Shown here piece after piece: positions 24,085 to 37,315 of a stretch of DNA of 64,000 nt; position 1 is the stretch's first letter; each line of letters opens with the position of its first letter. The position numbers were made by a program, and so were the translations under genes. The notes beneath the pieces are model-generated. The model did not search any database. It saw only the letters and a program-made list of their open reading frames with translations, and was not told the origin of the DNA. Source of the DNA: Gekko japonicus (Eukaryota); assembly GCF_001447785.1 (NCBI RefSeq), contig NW_015165283.1, positions 62,001-126,000 on the forward strand, written 5' to 3'.

Positions 24085-24121
24085 CCTAACCCTAACCCTA
24101 ACTCTGAGGTATTATAGATAC

Positions 24122-24430
24122 TGTAATGTATCCATCTCCGACCGTGTGCGCGGCTAGGTCGCCATGCGGTCAGGCAAAGCGGCCGAGCTTCGCTCTCAGG
24201 AACAATGGGCCAAGCAGATCCTAGCCCACATAAATATGAGGGCTAGGCTCCCGGCCAAGAGCCCATGGAACTCTCAGCCACTATAATGACCAATCACTTG
24301 TGTGTGGGTGTGTTTTGGATGTGGGGTTGTTGCACATATAAACCGGCCTGCGAGCTGGGTCTTGTTGTCTTGTTCCGAACTAAATAAAAGTATGAGACCT
24401 GAAATCGCTAGTAAGTCTCAGTACTTTTCA
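24122..24430 (+). mobile_element. Solo LTR of the Gypsy family found at 49665-53408
   Basis: TG...CA ends (tgtaatgtatcc...gtacttttca), TATAAA and AATAAA, flanks gatac/catac; homologous to the reverse complement of 49665-49961. Confidence 0.9.
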
Positions 24431-25154
24431 CATACAAAATATGTACCACTGAGGTATGGGCTCCTCCCTAAAGGTTTAAGTCCCCGCTGACTGACACAGG
24501 TGGGTTGAAGACCTCATATGGGACAAAAGCACCATAATGAAGACACTCTGCAACACCCACAGGTATGAGAGGGGTGGAAGTTCTCCCTCACATGTTGCCC
24601 AGAAGTTCACGTGTACATGTGCACCCCCCCCTGCAGTAAAACTGCAAATCACTGGAGAACTCACTTTGTGCCATCTCTCATACAAAATGTAGTGGTTCTG
24701 AGAAATTCTAATAGATCGTGTTATGCAAATAATCAAGAACTACTTTTATTTCCAGGGTTCAGTAAAAGTCCACTATGTTCAGTACTTGATTGTTATTTCA
24801 ATTAAATCCCACTAAATATCCATGGAGGCTCACATCCTGACCTTTATGGATTGTAGACTAGTACTTGGCTGTTGCAAACAGAAAATTACTTCTGTAGGGA
24901 ACACCTAATAAGGAAGTCATGGTGTACTGGGGATTTTCAGTTGTGTTTTAAAAATGCTTTCAGTACAATAACAGCATCAATGAATTTGTTTGAATTTTAC
25001 ATTTCACATCCACACTGATTAAAACAAATAAATTTCCCTGTACCTCAAACAGCATTTATGTGTCATGAAAGCAAACATCAATCCTATTTGGAAATGGCTT
25101 TTCTATAAGCATTGTAAAATATCCTGCACATTCCCTTCCTCTCTTTTATTCTAG

Positions 25155-25224
25155 GATCCAATTTCATGAAATGAACCTTCCTGTCCTTGCAAACTTCCAT
25201 ATTCCAAGATCATCATGGGAATAA
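25155..25224 (+). CDS. Candidate terminal exon (IQFHEMNLPVLANFHIPRSSWE*), phase-compatible with 12699-12890
   Basis: Strong acceptor ttcccttcctctcttttattctag|G; short open frame to TAA. No homology recognised. Confidence 0.2.
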
Positions 25225-26693
25225 AACCCTACATAAGTATTCTTGACAATATAGCCTCATTTACTGTTTCTGTAACCACTTCTTTCAAGAAATCCAAAGA
25301 CAAAGATAGTCAAAACAGGAAACACAATAGGAAAGTTTATGACGTATAAAATGAATTCTTCAAAAGAATTTTGCTTTAAAATGCCAAGGGTGATAAGTCA
25401 ACGATATACAGACCGTATTATTATTTATTACCTTGCATTTGGCTGAAATTCATCTCTTATGACAAGCTTGGATAAATCGTGTTACATATTTTATTAAATA
25501 TGAGAGCTGGTCCTTTTCTGAAGACATTCCTTAAGTGAACTTGCTTCTACTAGCTGCATCCTAGCTACTTTACGTTCCCATAAGACTAGTACTTTCTTGG
25601 AGTTCTCTGGCAGCTAAACCAAGGCAGAAAATGTATTTTTTTTCCTTTCAAAAACATGCAAAAGGTTGATTGTGCATCCAGTTTTAGAGCACAGACTGAT
25701 GACTAAATAAAAATGGAGATGGAAGCTTCATCTTTGAGCAAATGTAAGGAATGAAAGCATAATTTTTTCATTGTGTTTAAATATGTGCAATACTGCTCAG
25801 AGAGTGAGGCTTTATTGTGAATATATTTTTTTTATTCCTGAAAGCTCATTATTTTACAGTGAGGTTACTGAACCTAGACCATGGAGTGCAGATTATCCAG
25901 CATAGCATTAATCAAAATATACATGGCAAATGGGATTCAAAACACTGCCAAAGAGGCATCTGCTTTTAGCAAAGAACAAAAATTCATTTAGCTCTTTTAT
26001 TAAAAGGTATTATGGACAATTTATTTTTAAACCATCTCTCTAACACCATTAACTAGCATATAATTTAATGTACTCTCAAACAACTTGACTTTTACATTTT
26101 CTTCAAAACATTAATTTGCTCTTGCAAATTGATGTAAAAGATGCCTTTGACCCCCAGGAAAGATTCAAACTATTAACAATAAATTAAATTATCTTTCAGA
26201 AGTATATTGCCATTATTTTTTTTAGTTCAGAAATAGCATGTTTACAGTTGTCACTACTGACGTAATATTGCATAATGTAAAAATGAAACTTTTAAAACTA
26301 TATTTTTGTTGTAACAATGCTATGTCTAAATGATTTATTTGGGACAACTGGTAGGTAATACCCCACTGACTAAGACTTGAACCCAAAAGCTATTTACTTC
26401 AAAGTAAGTAGTCCCATTGACTTAAAAGGATGAGTCCTAAACTGACATATCACCAGGCCCAGATGGCATACATCTAAGAGTTCTGAAAGAACTCAAATGT
26501 GAACTCATGGAACTTGTAATAAAAATATGCAATTTATCACTAAAATCTGCCTCCATTTCCACGGACTGGAAGGTAGTTAATATAACCCCTATCTTTTAAA
26601 AAGGTTCCAGAGGAGACCCAGGAAATTACAGGCCGGTCAGTCTAACATCGATACTGGGTAAATTGGTGGAATCCATTATTAAAGATAGAATTA

Positions 26694-27991
26694 ATATTTA
26701 TTTATTTATTTGATTTATATATCACCCTCCCCATAAATGGGCTCAAGGAGGTTTCCATCAATTAATATAATACAATTAAAACAACATTAAAATGATAGTT
26801 TACACAGAATAAAATAATAAAATATCGTGTAAAAACAAGTCCCGCAGGGCCCTGATCTCATACAGGAGCTCATTCCATCCGATGAGGGCCCTGGTCAAGG
26901 CTAATTGGATGTCCCTGGGGCCAGGGACCACCAAGAGATGTTATTTGTGGACCTCAGTGCCCTATGGGGCTCATATGGGGAGAGGTGGTCTCGAAAGTAT
27001 GCTGCCCCCTGGCAATATAGGGTTTTAAAGGTAAGCACCAGAACCTTGAAATGGATCCGGAATTCAATAGGCAGCCAGTGCAGTTCACGCAGCACTGGGT
27101 GGACATGAGCCCACACAGGCATTGCTGTCAACACCCATGCTGCCACATTCTGCCCTAGATGCAACTTCTGGAGTGGAGTCAAGGGCAGCCCCACATAGAG
27201 AGAGTTACAATAGTCCAGTCTGGAAGTGTCCATTGCATGGGTCACTGTAGCTATGTCTTGGGGAGTGAGATATGGGGCCAACTGCCTGATCTGTCTCAGG
27301 TAGAAAAAGGCAGACCTGACAGTGGTAGTGACCTGGGTCTCCATGGAGAGGGAGGCATCCAGGAACACCCCCAAACTCTTCACACCTGATGTAGGCACCA
27401 GTGGAGATCCATCAAAGTCTGGGAGCCTGATCCTCTGACCCAATTCCCTGTGACTCAAGTACAGGACCTCCATCATAGATGGATTTAACTTCAGTTGGCT
27501 CTGTTGTAGCCATCCAGCCACAGCTTGTAATGCCTTGTCCAGGTGTCCTGGGCCATGTCCGTGCTGCCGTCCATCAGTAGATAGAACTGTATGTCATCCA
27601 CATACTGGTGACAACTCAGCCCAAATCTCCAGATAATCTGGGTAAGGAGGTGCATATAGATATTAAACAGCATGGGGGAGAGAATCACTCCCTATGGGAC
27701 ACCAGATTCCAGTGCGTGCCGCTGGGATAACTCCCCCCCCCATGTGCCACCCTCTGTCCCCAACCCTGGAGAAAGGAGGATAGCCACTGCAAGGCAAGCC
27801 CCCATATCCTGGCATCAGTGAGGCGGTGGGTTAATACCTCATAGTCAACCATATCCAATGCGGCTGATAGATCAAGAAGAATCAGCAGCACCGATCCGCC
27901 TCGATCCAGGTGTCTCCAGAGATCATCCACCAGGGCAATCAGCACCATCTCCCTCCCATGGGCTGGGGGAAAGCCAGACTTGAAGGGATCC
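26694..27991 (-). mobile_element. L2 LINE inserted into CR1
   Basis: LDPFKSGF...LLDLSAALD; YVDDIQFY; LKLNPS; SRLDYCNSLYVGLP; LHWLPIEFRIHFKVLVLTFK; (TAAA)n tail at ~26694. Confidence 0.93.
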
Positions 27992-29016
27992 AGGCACATT
28001 GATGAACAAAAGGTACTGATGAAAAATCAGCATAGATTCTGTAAGGGATGATCTTGTCTCACAAAGCTTTTGGGAGTTCTTTGAGGGGGTGAGCAAACAT
28101 GTAGACAAGGGTGACCCAGTAGATGTTTACCTAAACTTCCAGAAAGCTTTTGAGGAAGTTCCTTATCAAAGGCTCCTAAGTAAACTCAGCAGTCATGGGA
28201 TAAGAGGACAAGCCCTCTTTTGGATTAAAAACTGGTTAATTAACAGGAAACAGAGAGTGAGTATAAATGGGTAGTTTTCACAGTACAAGGTGGTAAGCAG
28301 CGGGTTACTGCAGGGCTCAATTCTATGTCCAGTGATTTTTAACTTGTTCATTAATTATTTGGAGTTGGGAATAAGCAGTGAAGTGGCTAAGTTAGTGGAT
28401 GACACTAAGTCGTTCAGGGTGGTGAGAACCAGGGAGGACTGTGAGGTATTCCAGATGGATGTGTTGAGGCTGTGCAAGTGGATGTTAACATGGCAACTGA
28501 GGTTCAATGTGGGCAAGTGCAAACTGAGGCACATTGGATCCAAAAATCCTAACTATAAATATACGTTGATGGGGTCCGAACTGGTGGTAACTGACCAGGA
28601 GAGAGATCTTGGAGTCTTGATAGCTCGCTGAAAATGTTGACTCATTGTGCAACAAATGCTATGCTGGGGATTATTAGGAAGCGGATTGAAAACAAATCAG
28701 CCTGTACCATAATGCCTCTGTATAAATCTATGGTGTAGCCTCATTTGTAATATTGTGTGTAGTTCTGTTCACTGTATCTCAAAAAAGATAGCATTGGAAA
28801 AAGTACAGAAAAGGCAACTAAAATGATTAAGGGGATGGAACACCTTCCCTATGAAGAAAGGTTAAAGAGGTTAGGGCTCTTTAGCTTAGAGAAACAACGA
28901 CTGAGGGGTGACATGATTGAGGTTTACAGAATTATGCATGGGATAGAGAAGTTAGAGAAAGAAGTAGTTTTCTCCCCTTTTTGCAATACAAGAACTCATG
29001 GGCTCTCAATGAAATT

Positions 29017-29174
29017 TGTTTAAATTAGGATTTTTAAGGTGTACTGTATGTTTTTAAATTATTATGTATATTATGTTTTATCATGGCAAGGTTTTGCCTT
29101 GCCTCTGTAAGCCGCCCTGAGCCCACGGGGGAGGGCGGGGTATAAAGATGAAAAATAAATAAATAAATAAATAT
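29017..29174 (+). mobile_element. L2-type 3' tail inserted into CR1
   Basis: tgtaagccgccctgagccc...gggcggggtata...(aaat)n, flanked by aaatt repeats. Confidence 0.8.
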
Positions 29175-29458
29175 AAATTAATGAGCAGTAATCTTAGAAC
29201 AGATTAAAGGAAGTACTTCTTCACCCAAAGAGTAATTAACACATGGAATTCACTGCTGCAAGATGTGGTGGTGGCTACAAGCATAGATGGCTTCAAGAGG
29301 GAATTGGCTATTAGCCACAAGGTATAGATGGAACACTATGTCTGGGGCAGTGATGCTGTGTATTCTTGATGCTTGGGGGGCAACAGTGGGAGGGCTTCTG
29401 GAATTCTGGCCTCACTGGTGGACTTCCTGATGGCACCTGGGTTTTGTCCACTTTGTGA

Positions 29459-29850
29459 CAGGCCTGTAGCTACAGTGGGACATTTCAGGGCTCTGCCCCC
29501 TCAAATGTGAGGCATGCCCCACAACTGCTGCTGCCCCTTCCCCCACATTAAAACAGCCCTCCAGCTGATTGGTAGGAGCATGTAGCCTGCCAATCAGCTG
29601 GAGGTCCCTTTAAATCTTGCAGGACGGGAGGGAGGGGCACCTGCATGCCTTCCCTGAACTCCAGTGTGGTCCCTTTAAATGGTGTTTTCCAAGCAGGGGC
29701 TGTCCACGCCTGAACTCCAACCAGCGAAATCACCACTTGGAGTTCAGGGAAGATGTGTGGGGCCCCCTCACACTCCCTCCTCCCCTTCTCCTGCTTCCCC
29801 ACAAAATTTTCCCATGCCCCACCAACCCAAAATTTCTGGCTATGGGGCTG
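29459..29850. mobile_element. hAT (Tip100-like) MITE inserted in the CR1 3' UTR
   Basis: TIRs caggcctgtagcta / tggctatggggctg; perfect 8-bp TSD ctttgtga (29451-29458, 29851-29858). Confidence 0.9.
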
Positions 29851-31360
29851 CTTTGTGACACAGAGTGTTGGACTGGATGGGCCATTGGCCTGATCCAACA
29901 TGTTCTTCTATTATGTTCTTTTGACCTTGGACCAATCACACACACTCAGCCTGTCATGGACAAACAGTCAAGGTTAACTTTCTGGTGTTAAATGAACTGG
30001 TCCACTTACACTAATTTTGTACCATTCAAGTAATTCTGATTACTGTTCTTTTCTTTTCTCTGTTCCTTACTTTAATCTCAAAAATGTCAGCTAATTTGTT
30101 AAGGATACTTGCATATATTTGATGTCATTCCAGTGCAGGAATCTGACTAGATGACCTTTTGCAAGCCTAGTCCTGCCCCAGAATTCTATGAGAGACACCC
30201 CATTGTGCATCCTCCACAGTGGAGAAAGAAAAGCAGTGCTTATTGAACACTGCTCACTCAGCCAGAAAACTAATTAATAGGGATTTCAAATGATTATTTT
30301 TAGCTGATTAATAGTCTTTCTGTTTATTTGATTAATCAGTGAAAATGAACTTCAAAATATCACACTAAAAGTGTCATCTTGATGTTTAATGCAGAGAGGC
30401 TTTGTTGTCGAAATAAACTAAGCTAATTAATATTTGGAAAATCATCTTAAGCATCTCGCCTGAAAAATATTGCTCAGTTGTGCTACCTTTTAAACCATAT
30501 AATGCATTAGCCAAAATGGTTTGGGGTTGGCAAAATCCTGTGCTTTGGAGAACTAAACCTCGTGTCACTATGGAAAGTAATTGGCAACTTGAAGTATGGA
30601 AATTTCTCTTTCTGTATGAATAGAGTCACTACACAGGGGCGGTTAGGTAAAGATGCTTAAGTATTTCCATGCTTGAGGGTATTTTTCTTTTCTTTCTTTG
30701 CTTTTGAACTTCACTATGTTTTTACATTTCAGATGTTAGTTTTGTATGCCTAGATTTTCCCCATGAATGAACAAAATTACTTTCTTCTTTCCACATATGG
30801 GACAAACTGGACAGCAGTGTGAGCTGTATATAACTGATCTTTACATTGTGTGTATGTCATGTTTGAGTTAATTGAACTGGGGTCACTGAAGAATTGCAGG
30901 GAAGAGAAACAATATGAAAATCCCACCTTGCCCTTTAAAAATATTCCTTCCAGGATTCTCAAAGTTCTCAGGGACTTGAGCAAGCTAATTTCTCCCCCCA
31001 CTTTTCTCCCTTTCCTTGATACTTAGTTGCTGGGGGCACAACTAGATGTTATGGTGTGCCCAGGATGCTTGGGTATGCCACCACCATTTTAGAGCTGAAC
31101 ATGGGCCATTTAAAAATGCAATGAGGGTCCTTGCATTTTAAAAAATGCTGCAAGAACCCGCATGGCGTTTTTAACACAGATTTTCTTCAGCACACACAAA
31201 ATTTGGATATTTTGGTACTGTTTCCCCATTAAAAAATTGGTTACTGCACGCAGACATCCCCTCATCGAATGTAATTAATATAATTGTTATTGCCCCTATT
31301 GACTTTGTGGCAGAACCATCCTGCTCTGGTCTGCAGACCCTGTTCCATGCTGCCCTCCAA

Positions 31361-31633
31361 GAAGAAGAAGAGACTGGATTTATAGCCCGCCCTTTACTTG
31401 GAGTCTCAGAGCGACTTACAAACTCCCTTCCCTTCCTCTCCCCACAACAGACACCCTGTGAGGTAGGTGGGGCTGAGAGAGCTCTGACAGAAACTGCTCT
31501 TTTTCAAGAACACCTCTGACAGAACTGTGGCTTGCCCAAGATTATCCAGCAGCTGTGAGTGGAAGAGTAGGGAATCAAACCCGGTTCTCCCAGATTAGAG
31601 TCAGCACACTTAACCACTACACCAAACTGGCTC
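31361..31633 (-). mobile_element. Squam3-like tRNA SINE
   Basis: Reverse complement of the 44908 copy, with a (TTC)n tail. Confidence 0.9.
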
Positions 31634-31698
31634 CATTTCCTCAACATCTGGAAAGACTTTTCTCTCTCTCTGGTAGCCTGCCACCACCACCTGACTTT

Positions 31699-32578
31699 TG
31701 TAGGAACTGCCCACTGGGAGGATCAGGACTCCCAGCTTCCCTTCCAAGTTGTGAGGCCTTGTCTCTGTGTTTCCTGCTGTACACTGCCTGGTCACCACAG
31801 GGACAGTTTACTGCCTTGTACACCCCTGGAGGAATAGCCTCTTGTCAACTGACTGCCTTCCCTTGGTGCTCCTTTTAAAATAGTGTGTTCAAGACAGTGG
31901 AGGTCTATGTGGTACAGAGAACCACTTCCAGGATCAAACGTTATAAAATATTTATTAAAAAGAAAATATTTACAAGCATAATCTTAGCACAGCACCAGAC
32001 TGAGCAAGAGATTCAAAAGAAAAGGGTAAAACACAATTCCTATGTCCCTCCCTCTATACATGCCCTATCTGTTGTTAAATATAAGGCAGGGCCCTTAGCT
32101 TAGAAAGTTACAGATCTCTACAGTGTCCTCAATTACCCGGAAGGCTCCCTCAAGTGTAGGCCAGCACATGGCAATAACTGCCTCCTCCAGACCTCAGTTA
32201 AGAGTTCTGTCTGCTCTGATGGACTCAGCACATCCTTGCTGCAAGGAGTTTATATCATATCTGTTTCTCCACCCACTGACCATGTCAGGCTAGGTGAAAG
32301 AAGCTTTTCCTGAAGTCTCCAGGAGCTTCTTCCTGAAGTCCTTCTAGTCTTTAATACTTCCAAATCCCTGCTTGGGGGGGGGAGGATTTTCTCTAGCTGG
32401 GCCTATTAGCATTTTTAAGAGGTAGCTGAGGTGAGGCTGGAAAGCCATTGAATTGACTTATTCCTCCCTGCCCAGAGAGAAAACTTTTAAAACCTCCTGG
32501 TCAAAGTTTTACTCAGGTCAAACCTCTACCCCAAAAATGCACTTCTTCATGGACTTCAGTAGATCTTAAATTGGGACA
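31699..32578. mobile_element. Possible old LTR-like repeat
   Basis: tgtagg... start, tttatt polyA signal on the minus strand, ...gggaca end; no TSD confirmed. Confidence 0.3.
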
Positions 32579-33114
32579 TTATATGAAGAGAATGGATGGC
32601 ACATACTTGTTCTGTAGAACACTTTAACTTTTATGTTAGACTTCTCCTTTCTTTTCATTAAAAAAAATTTAAACTGCAGATGAAAATCATTTTTCATATT
32701 TGTTAATATAGCAGCAACCAAGACAGCACTTATATCTGCTATCTTGTTTTATTTTGTGGTATCTCTTTTCAAAAGTATTTTTCAATATGGATGTTTCAGG
32801 GTGTGTAAGAACTGCTTGAATAATGAAACCATTTAACGATATCTTTGCAATGAATGATTGGGTGGATTATTTTTCATTAATCAACCAGTGTTATGTACTT
32901 GCATAAATCATTTCAAAATGTACAGTGATTTCTTAAATTATCTAAATAGGATGGGCATGCTTATTAGTAATTTGTTCAACATGCTGTATTTTATTTCACT
33001 CTTTTACAAATCCTGCATTTGATATCAAAAGCATAGAGACAGAAATATTGGGGAAAATAAAATAGTTAGGTTGGCATCTGAATGAGAGCATCAAAAAAAC
33101 TCTGTTTTCCCCTC

Positions 33115-33830
33115 AAATGGCTGTGGCCCTGCCCCCAGCGTGCGACGTCACATCCGGGTGACATGCACGCGGGGGTGGGGTTTTCCCCGGGCCCGATTTT
33201 TGTTGCGTCGAAAATCGGGTCACCAAAGCGGGGGATTCCCGCTCTTGACCTCTGCTGCCAGCTTGCTGCAGCTTCTTCCCTTCTCTCCACATCACTGCTA
33301 CATGTCCAGCATGGCTCCTGGGCTGCATAGCCACCACCGAACCCAGTGAAGAGCCCTGAACTGTGCTTCCGCTGGGCCCAGCTTGGCTCCTGGGCTGTGC
33401 GGCTACCTCCATCAGGCCTAACTTGGTTCCCAGGCTGTGCAGCCGCCACTGCCAGATATAGCATGGAGCTCTGGACTGTGCAGCTGTTGGTGATTGCCTG
33501 GGCTTGTCCCTCAAAGCCAATGAAACCAAAGAGGAGGCTTTGCACAGCAGCGGATGGGAACACTCTTCCTTCCAGGGTCAATGGAGTCTCACTGGCCCCA
33601 CCAGAACTTCTAACCCCCAAGCTGCCCCCACACTGATGATCCCAAGACATCCTTTGGTGACCTGAAGGATCACTCTGGGGCTTCGTTCCATGTGGGAAGT
33701 GATCAGCTCAGGAACCTGGTTGGCACATAAGAGAAAAATTGTGAAAACAAACAAGGACAAAGTTCAGATGGCCCCGCAGCTTCATAGGAGCAGGGGAGCA
33801 GGCCCAGCCCCCTGAGACTGCCTGTGGCCT
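33115..33830. mobile_element. GC-rich non-autonomous DNA transposon remnant (unclassified)
   Basis: CpG-rich start with tgcgacgtcacatccgggtgac; right end ccccctgagactgcctgtg resembles a hAT terminus. Confidence 0.35.
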
Positions 33831-33974
33831 TGCCCCATGCCCCCTCCCACCTTTCTAATTGTTACAGATAATTTAAGAGAAGGATCTAGGTAGCCAAGAT
33901 TCTGCTGGATTACACTAGCATTCCACAATATGCTAGTTTCAATATGAAGAATGTTTTGGAGAACATTAATTCAT

Positions 33975-35014
33975 ATGGCAGGTCCTTAAAGAGATGGGAG
34001 TACCAGACCACCTCACATGTCTCTTGAGAAACCTGTATAAGGGTCAAGAAGCAACAGTTAGAACCGGATATGGAACAACTGATTGGTTTAGCATAGGAAA
34101 AGGAGTACAATAAGGATGTATATTGTCCCCTTGCTTATTTAATATATATGCAGAGTACATCATGCGAAATGCTGGCCTGGATGAATCACAAGCAGAAATT
34201 AAAACTGCTGGGAAAAAGATCAACAACCTCAGATATGCAGACGATACCACTCTAATGGCAGAAAGTGAAGAGGACCTAAAGAGTCTCTTGCTCAGGGTAA
34301 AAGAGGAGAGCGCAAAAGTGGGCTTGAAGCTCAACATCAAAAAAACCTAAGATCATGGCATCCGGCCCCATCACTCCTTGGCAAATAGAAGGGGAAGTCG
34401 TGGAAGTAGGGACAGACTTCACGTTCCTGGGATCCCAGATCACCGCAGACTGTGACAGCAGCCATGAAATTAAAAGACGCCTGCTCCTTGAGAGGAAAGC
34501 AATGGCGAACCTAAACAGCATGACAAAAAGTAGAGACATCACCCTGCCAACAAAAGTCCGCATGATCAAAGCAATGGTATTCCCAGTAGTCATGTATGGC
34601 TGCGAGAGTTGGACTATAAGGAAGGCCGAGCACCGAAGAATAGATTCTTTTGAACTATGGTGCTGGAGAAGACTCTTGAGAGTCCCTTGGACTGCAAGAA
34701 GATCAAATCAGTCAACCCTAAAAGAAATCAACCCTGACTGTTCCCTGGAAGGCCAGATTATGAAACTGAAGCTCAAATACTTTGGCCACCAAATGAGAAG
34801 GGAGCACTCACTGGAGAAGACTCTGATGCTGGGAAAGATTGAAGGTCAAAGAAGACGGGGACGGCAAAGGATAAGATGGTTAGACAGTGTCATAGATGCA
34901 ACGAACATGAAGTTGAGCAAACTTCAGAGGACGGCAGAAGACCGGAAGGCCTGGCGTGATCTGGTCCATGGGGTCGCGAAGAGTCCGACTCGACTGTGCG
35001 ACTGAATGACAACA
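33975..35014 (+). mobile_element. BovB (RTE) LINE, 5'-truncated
   Basis: LKEMGVPDHLTCLLRNLY; INNLRYADDTTLMAESEEDLKSLL; GLKLNIKKT; VFPVVMYGCESWTI; FELWCWRRLLRVPWTARRSNQS; 3' end catggggtcgcgaagagtccgactcgactg. Confidence 0.97.
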
Positions 35015-35016
35015 AA

Positions 35017-35080
35017 TTCATAGGGTCGCCATAAGTTGGAGGCGACCTGATGGCACTGCAAACACACACACAAACACACA
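35017..35080 (+). mobile_element. Second RTE/BovB-type 3' tail with (CA)n
   Basis: catagggtcgccataagttggaggcgacctgatggcac(ca)n. Confidence 0.7.
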
Positions 35081-36046
35081 GCTTGGCTGGGTCAGGTCTG
35101 ACTCCCTCCCCCACTTGCTCTCAGATAAGAGAGAAAAAAAACTTTGTAAAACTCAAGGTAAATGTTTTGTACAGTCCAAACCTCCAAAGTAAAACACATT
35201 TCTGCACAGTCCACAAACAGGTTTACCACCATCTGTGAGAACTAGGCCACAGTACTGACTTTGTTTCTATACTTTTCTGTCATCAGACCTTCCTGCTATC
35301 ACACACTCTCTTTCTCCCAGGAACTCTGTGCAATATGTCAAGAATGCAAAAGTACTAAAGAATGCACCCGATTCTATTGTGTAGTTGGACAACTGTGCCT
35401 TAAACATTTTAATCTCAAATATCAAATCACCCCTGATAGTACACAGGCATCTATTGCTTCAGGGTACTGGCATTTTTATGTTTCCACAGTTCACTGTTCC
35501 ATGGAATGTTATTTGCAGGATGCACATGATGGTGGGATTTCTCTGTTTAGCTTTTCATGATAATAATCTTCACTGTAGGCCAGTGGGACATAATGGTATG
35601 ATGCCTTGGCCTTCTAGCTCCTTTACATTAATGGACTCAGCATTTGGCCATTAGGCAGAGGAAGATCCGTGAAACCAGCAGCCTTGGAGTTTGTTGTCCA
35701 GGTATCCCCACCTCTGTGAATGCATCAGTTTCACAAAAGTACAGACAGTGAAGTAAAGGTCCTCCTACAAGGGCAAAAAGGAAATTTACTACTAATGGAA
35801 ATGGGCTACTAATTCTTTGTTCACCCTCATAAAACTCTTGCAGTACAGCATGGAAAAGAAATTAAGGAAACATTTGGAAGGTCACCATCAGAATATTATA
35901 TAAATACCTAAGGATAGAGAAGGGTGAAATTAAAGTATCTAGGAATGTAAAACAAGTGTCTGTTCTTTTGACATGGCTATTTGCAGATAATATTTTGTCC
36001 AAAGAACAGCAATAAAAACCTTATACTTGGAAAAGGCAAATAGGAA

Positions 36047-36047
36047 A

Positions 36048-36122
<75 letters not shown>
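36047..36122. repeat. (GAAA)n microsatellite
   Basis: Read directly. Confidence 0.98.
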
Positions 36123-36123
<1 letters not shown>

Positions 36124-36868
36124 CTGGTAACAAAAGATTTCCAACATAACTGCAATGCTATGGATTAACAACTAGTTATTTTGGTGTACTTTATTAATGG
36201 GATTCTCTGCAAGAAGCTTCTGCCCTTTACAGGTTCCTTTTCATTTCCCCCCACATATCCATCATATTATACTCAGTGGTATCCCCACAATGACAAGCCC
36301 TACTGTTCATTTTTAACTTTGAAGAAAGAATCTATTCTATGTACATGTAAGATTCCTAAGAGTATCACCAGCTGTTTAAAATGATTTACCTATTGCTCCC
36401 TGCCCCCAAATCTCTAAATTTTAATTTAAGTTTTACTGAAAATTGAAATGAATGTGAGATTATGGCAGAGACAGTGATCAAAAATATGGAGAAAATAGTG
36501 GCATAGAAGAAAATAGAGATGGCAAAGAACTCAGGAGGAAAGCTGGGGCAGAGGCTTTTTAGTCACCAGGGATTTGTGAATAACACTTTATGTCTCCTAT
36601 ACCGTTTTTGTCATTTTTCTTTAGCTTTCAGTGGATTGGATCCTACAGCCCCTTTCTGCTAAGTGAGGAGCCTTACTCTAATGGAGGGAACCTTCTTCTG
36701 ATGCAACACTTCTGCCTCCATGGCAAGGCTCCTCACTTAACAAAAAGAACAAAGAGGGTTCAACCCAGTATATACCTGATGAGATGGATATATGGTTGTT
36801 GGACCATCAGTTTTCTCTTTATCAAGTATAAAAAAGAGATCCATGGAGGCATGGATGCTGGCTATTTC

Positions 36869-37081
36869 TAGGGTTGCCAACTCCAGGTGGGGAAATACCT
36901 GGATATTTTGGGGGTGGACCCTGAGGAGCCTGGGGTTTGGGAATGGGACCACAGTGGAGTAGAATGCCATAGTTCACCTTCCAATGCAGCCATTTTCTCC
37001 AGTTAAACTGATCTCTGTCACCTGGAGATCAGTTGTAATCCCAGAAGATCTCCAGATACCACTTGAAGGTTAGCAACCCTA
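36869..37081. mobile_element. TAGGGTTGCCA-family hAT MITE
   Basis: TIRs tagggttgccaac / gttagcaacccta; 8-bp TSD gctatttc/actatttc. Confidence 0.9.
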
Positions 37082-37315
37082 ACTATTTCATTGCAGAGGT
37101 TCCCCCGCTTCACGAGGCTCCCCCACGTTACATTAATTGTTCCTAATGTTAGATTTTCATCTTCTTCCTAAATCAAATTCCCAGAACTTATGAAGTCTCA
37201 GTTTTATTTGGGAAAACTTTGTTTTAAAGCATTCTACTGTCCCAAGCATATGATAATAATTTTAAAACTATTTTTCTATGCCTAAGGAACTAGTTAGAAT
37301 TCAATAATGTGGAAC

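Larger units (their letters stand above)
26440..29920 (+). mobile_element. CR1 LINE (RT to 3' end) interrupted by three insertions
   Basis: SPGPDGIH.RVLKELK; DWK..NITPIF..G...DPGNYRPVSLTS; resumes RHIDEQ at ~27992; VDDTK; RLRGDMIEVY; ttatgttc tail at ~29911-29920. Confidence 0.93.

Noticed and set aside
35939-36171. FFLS-repeat hydrophobic ORFs
   Set aside because: They are translations of the (GAAA)n microsatellite.
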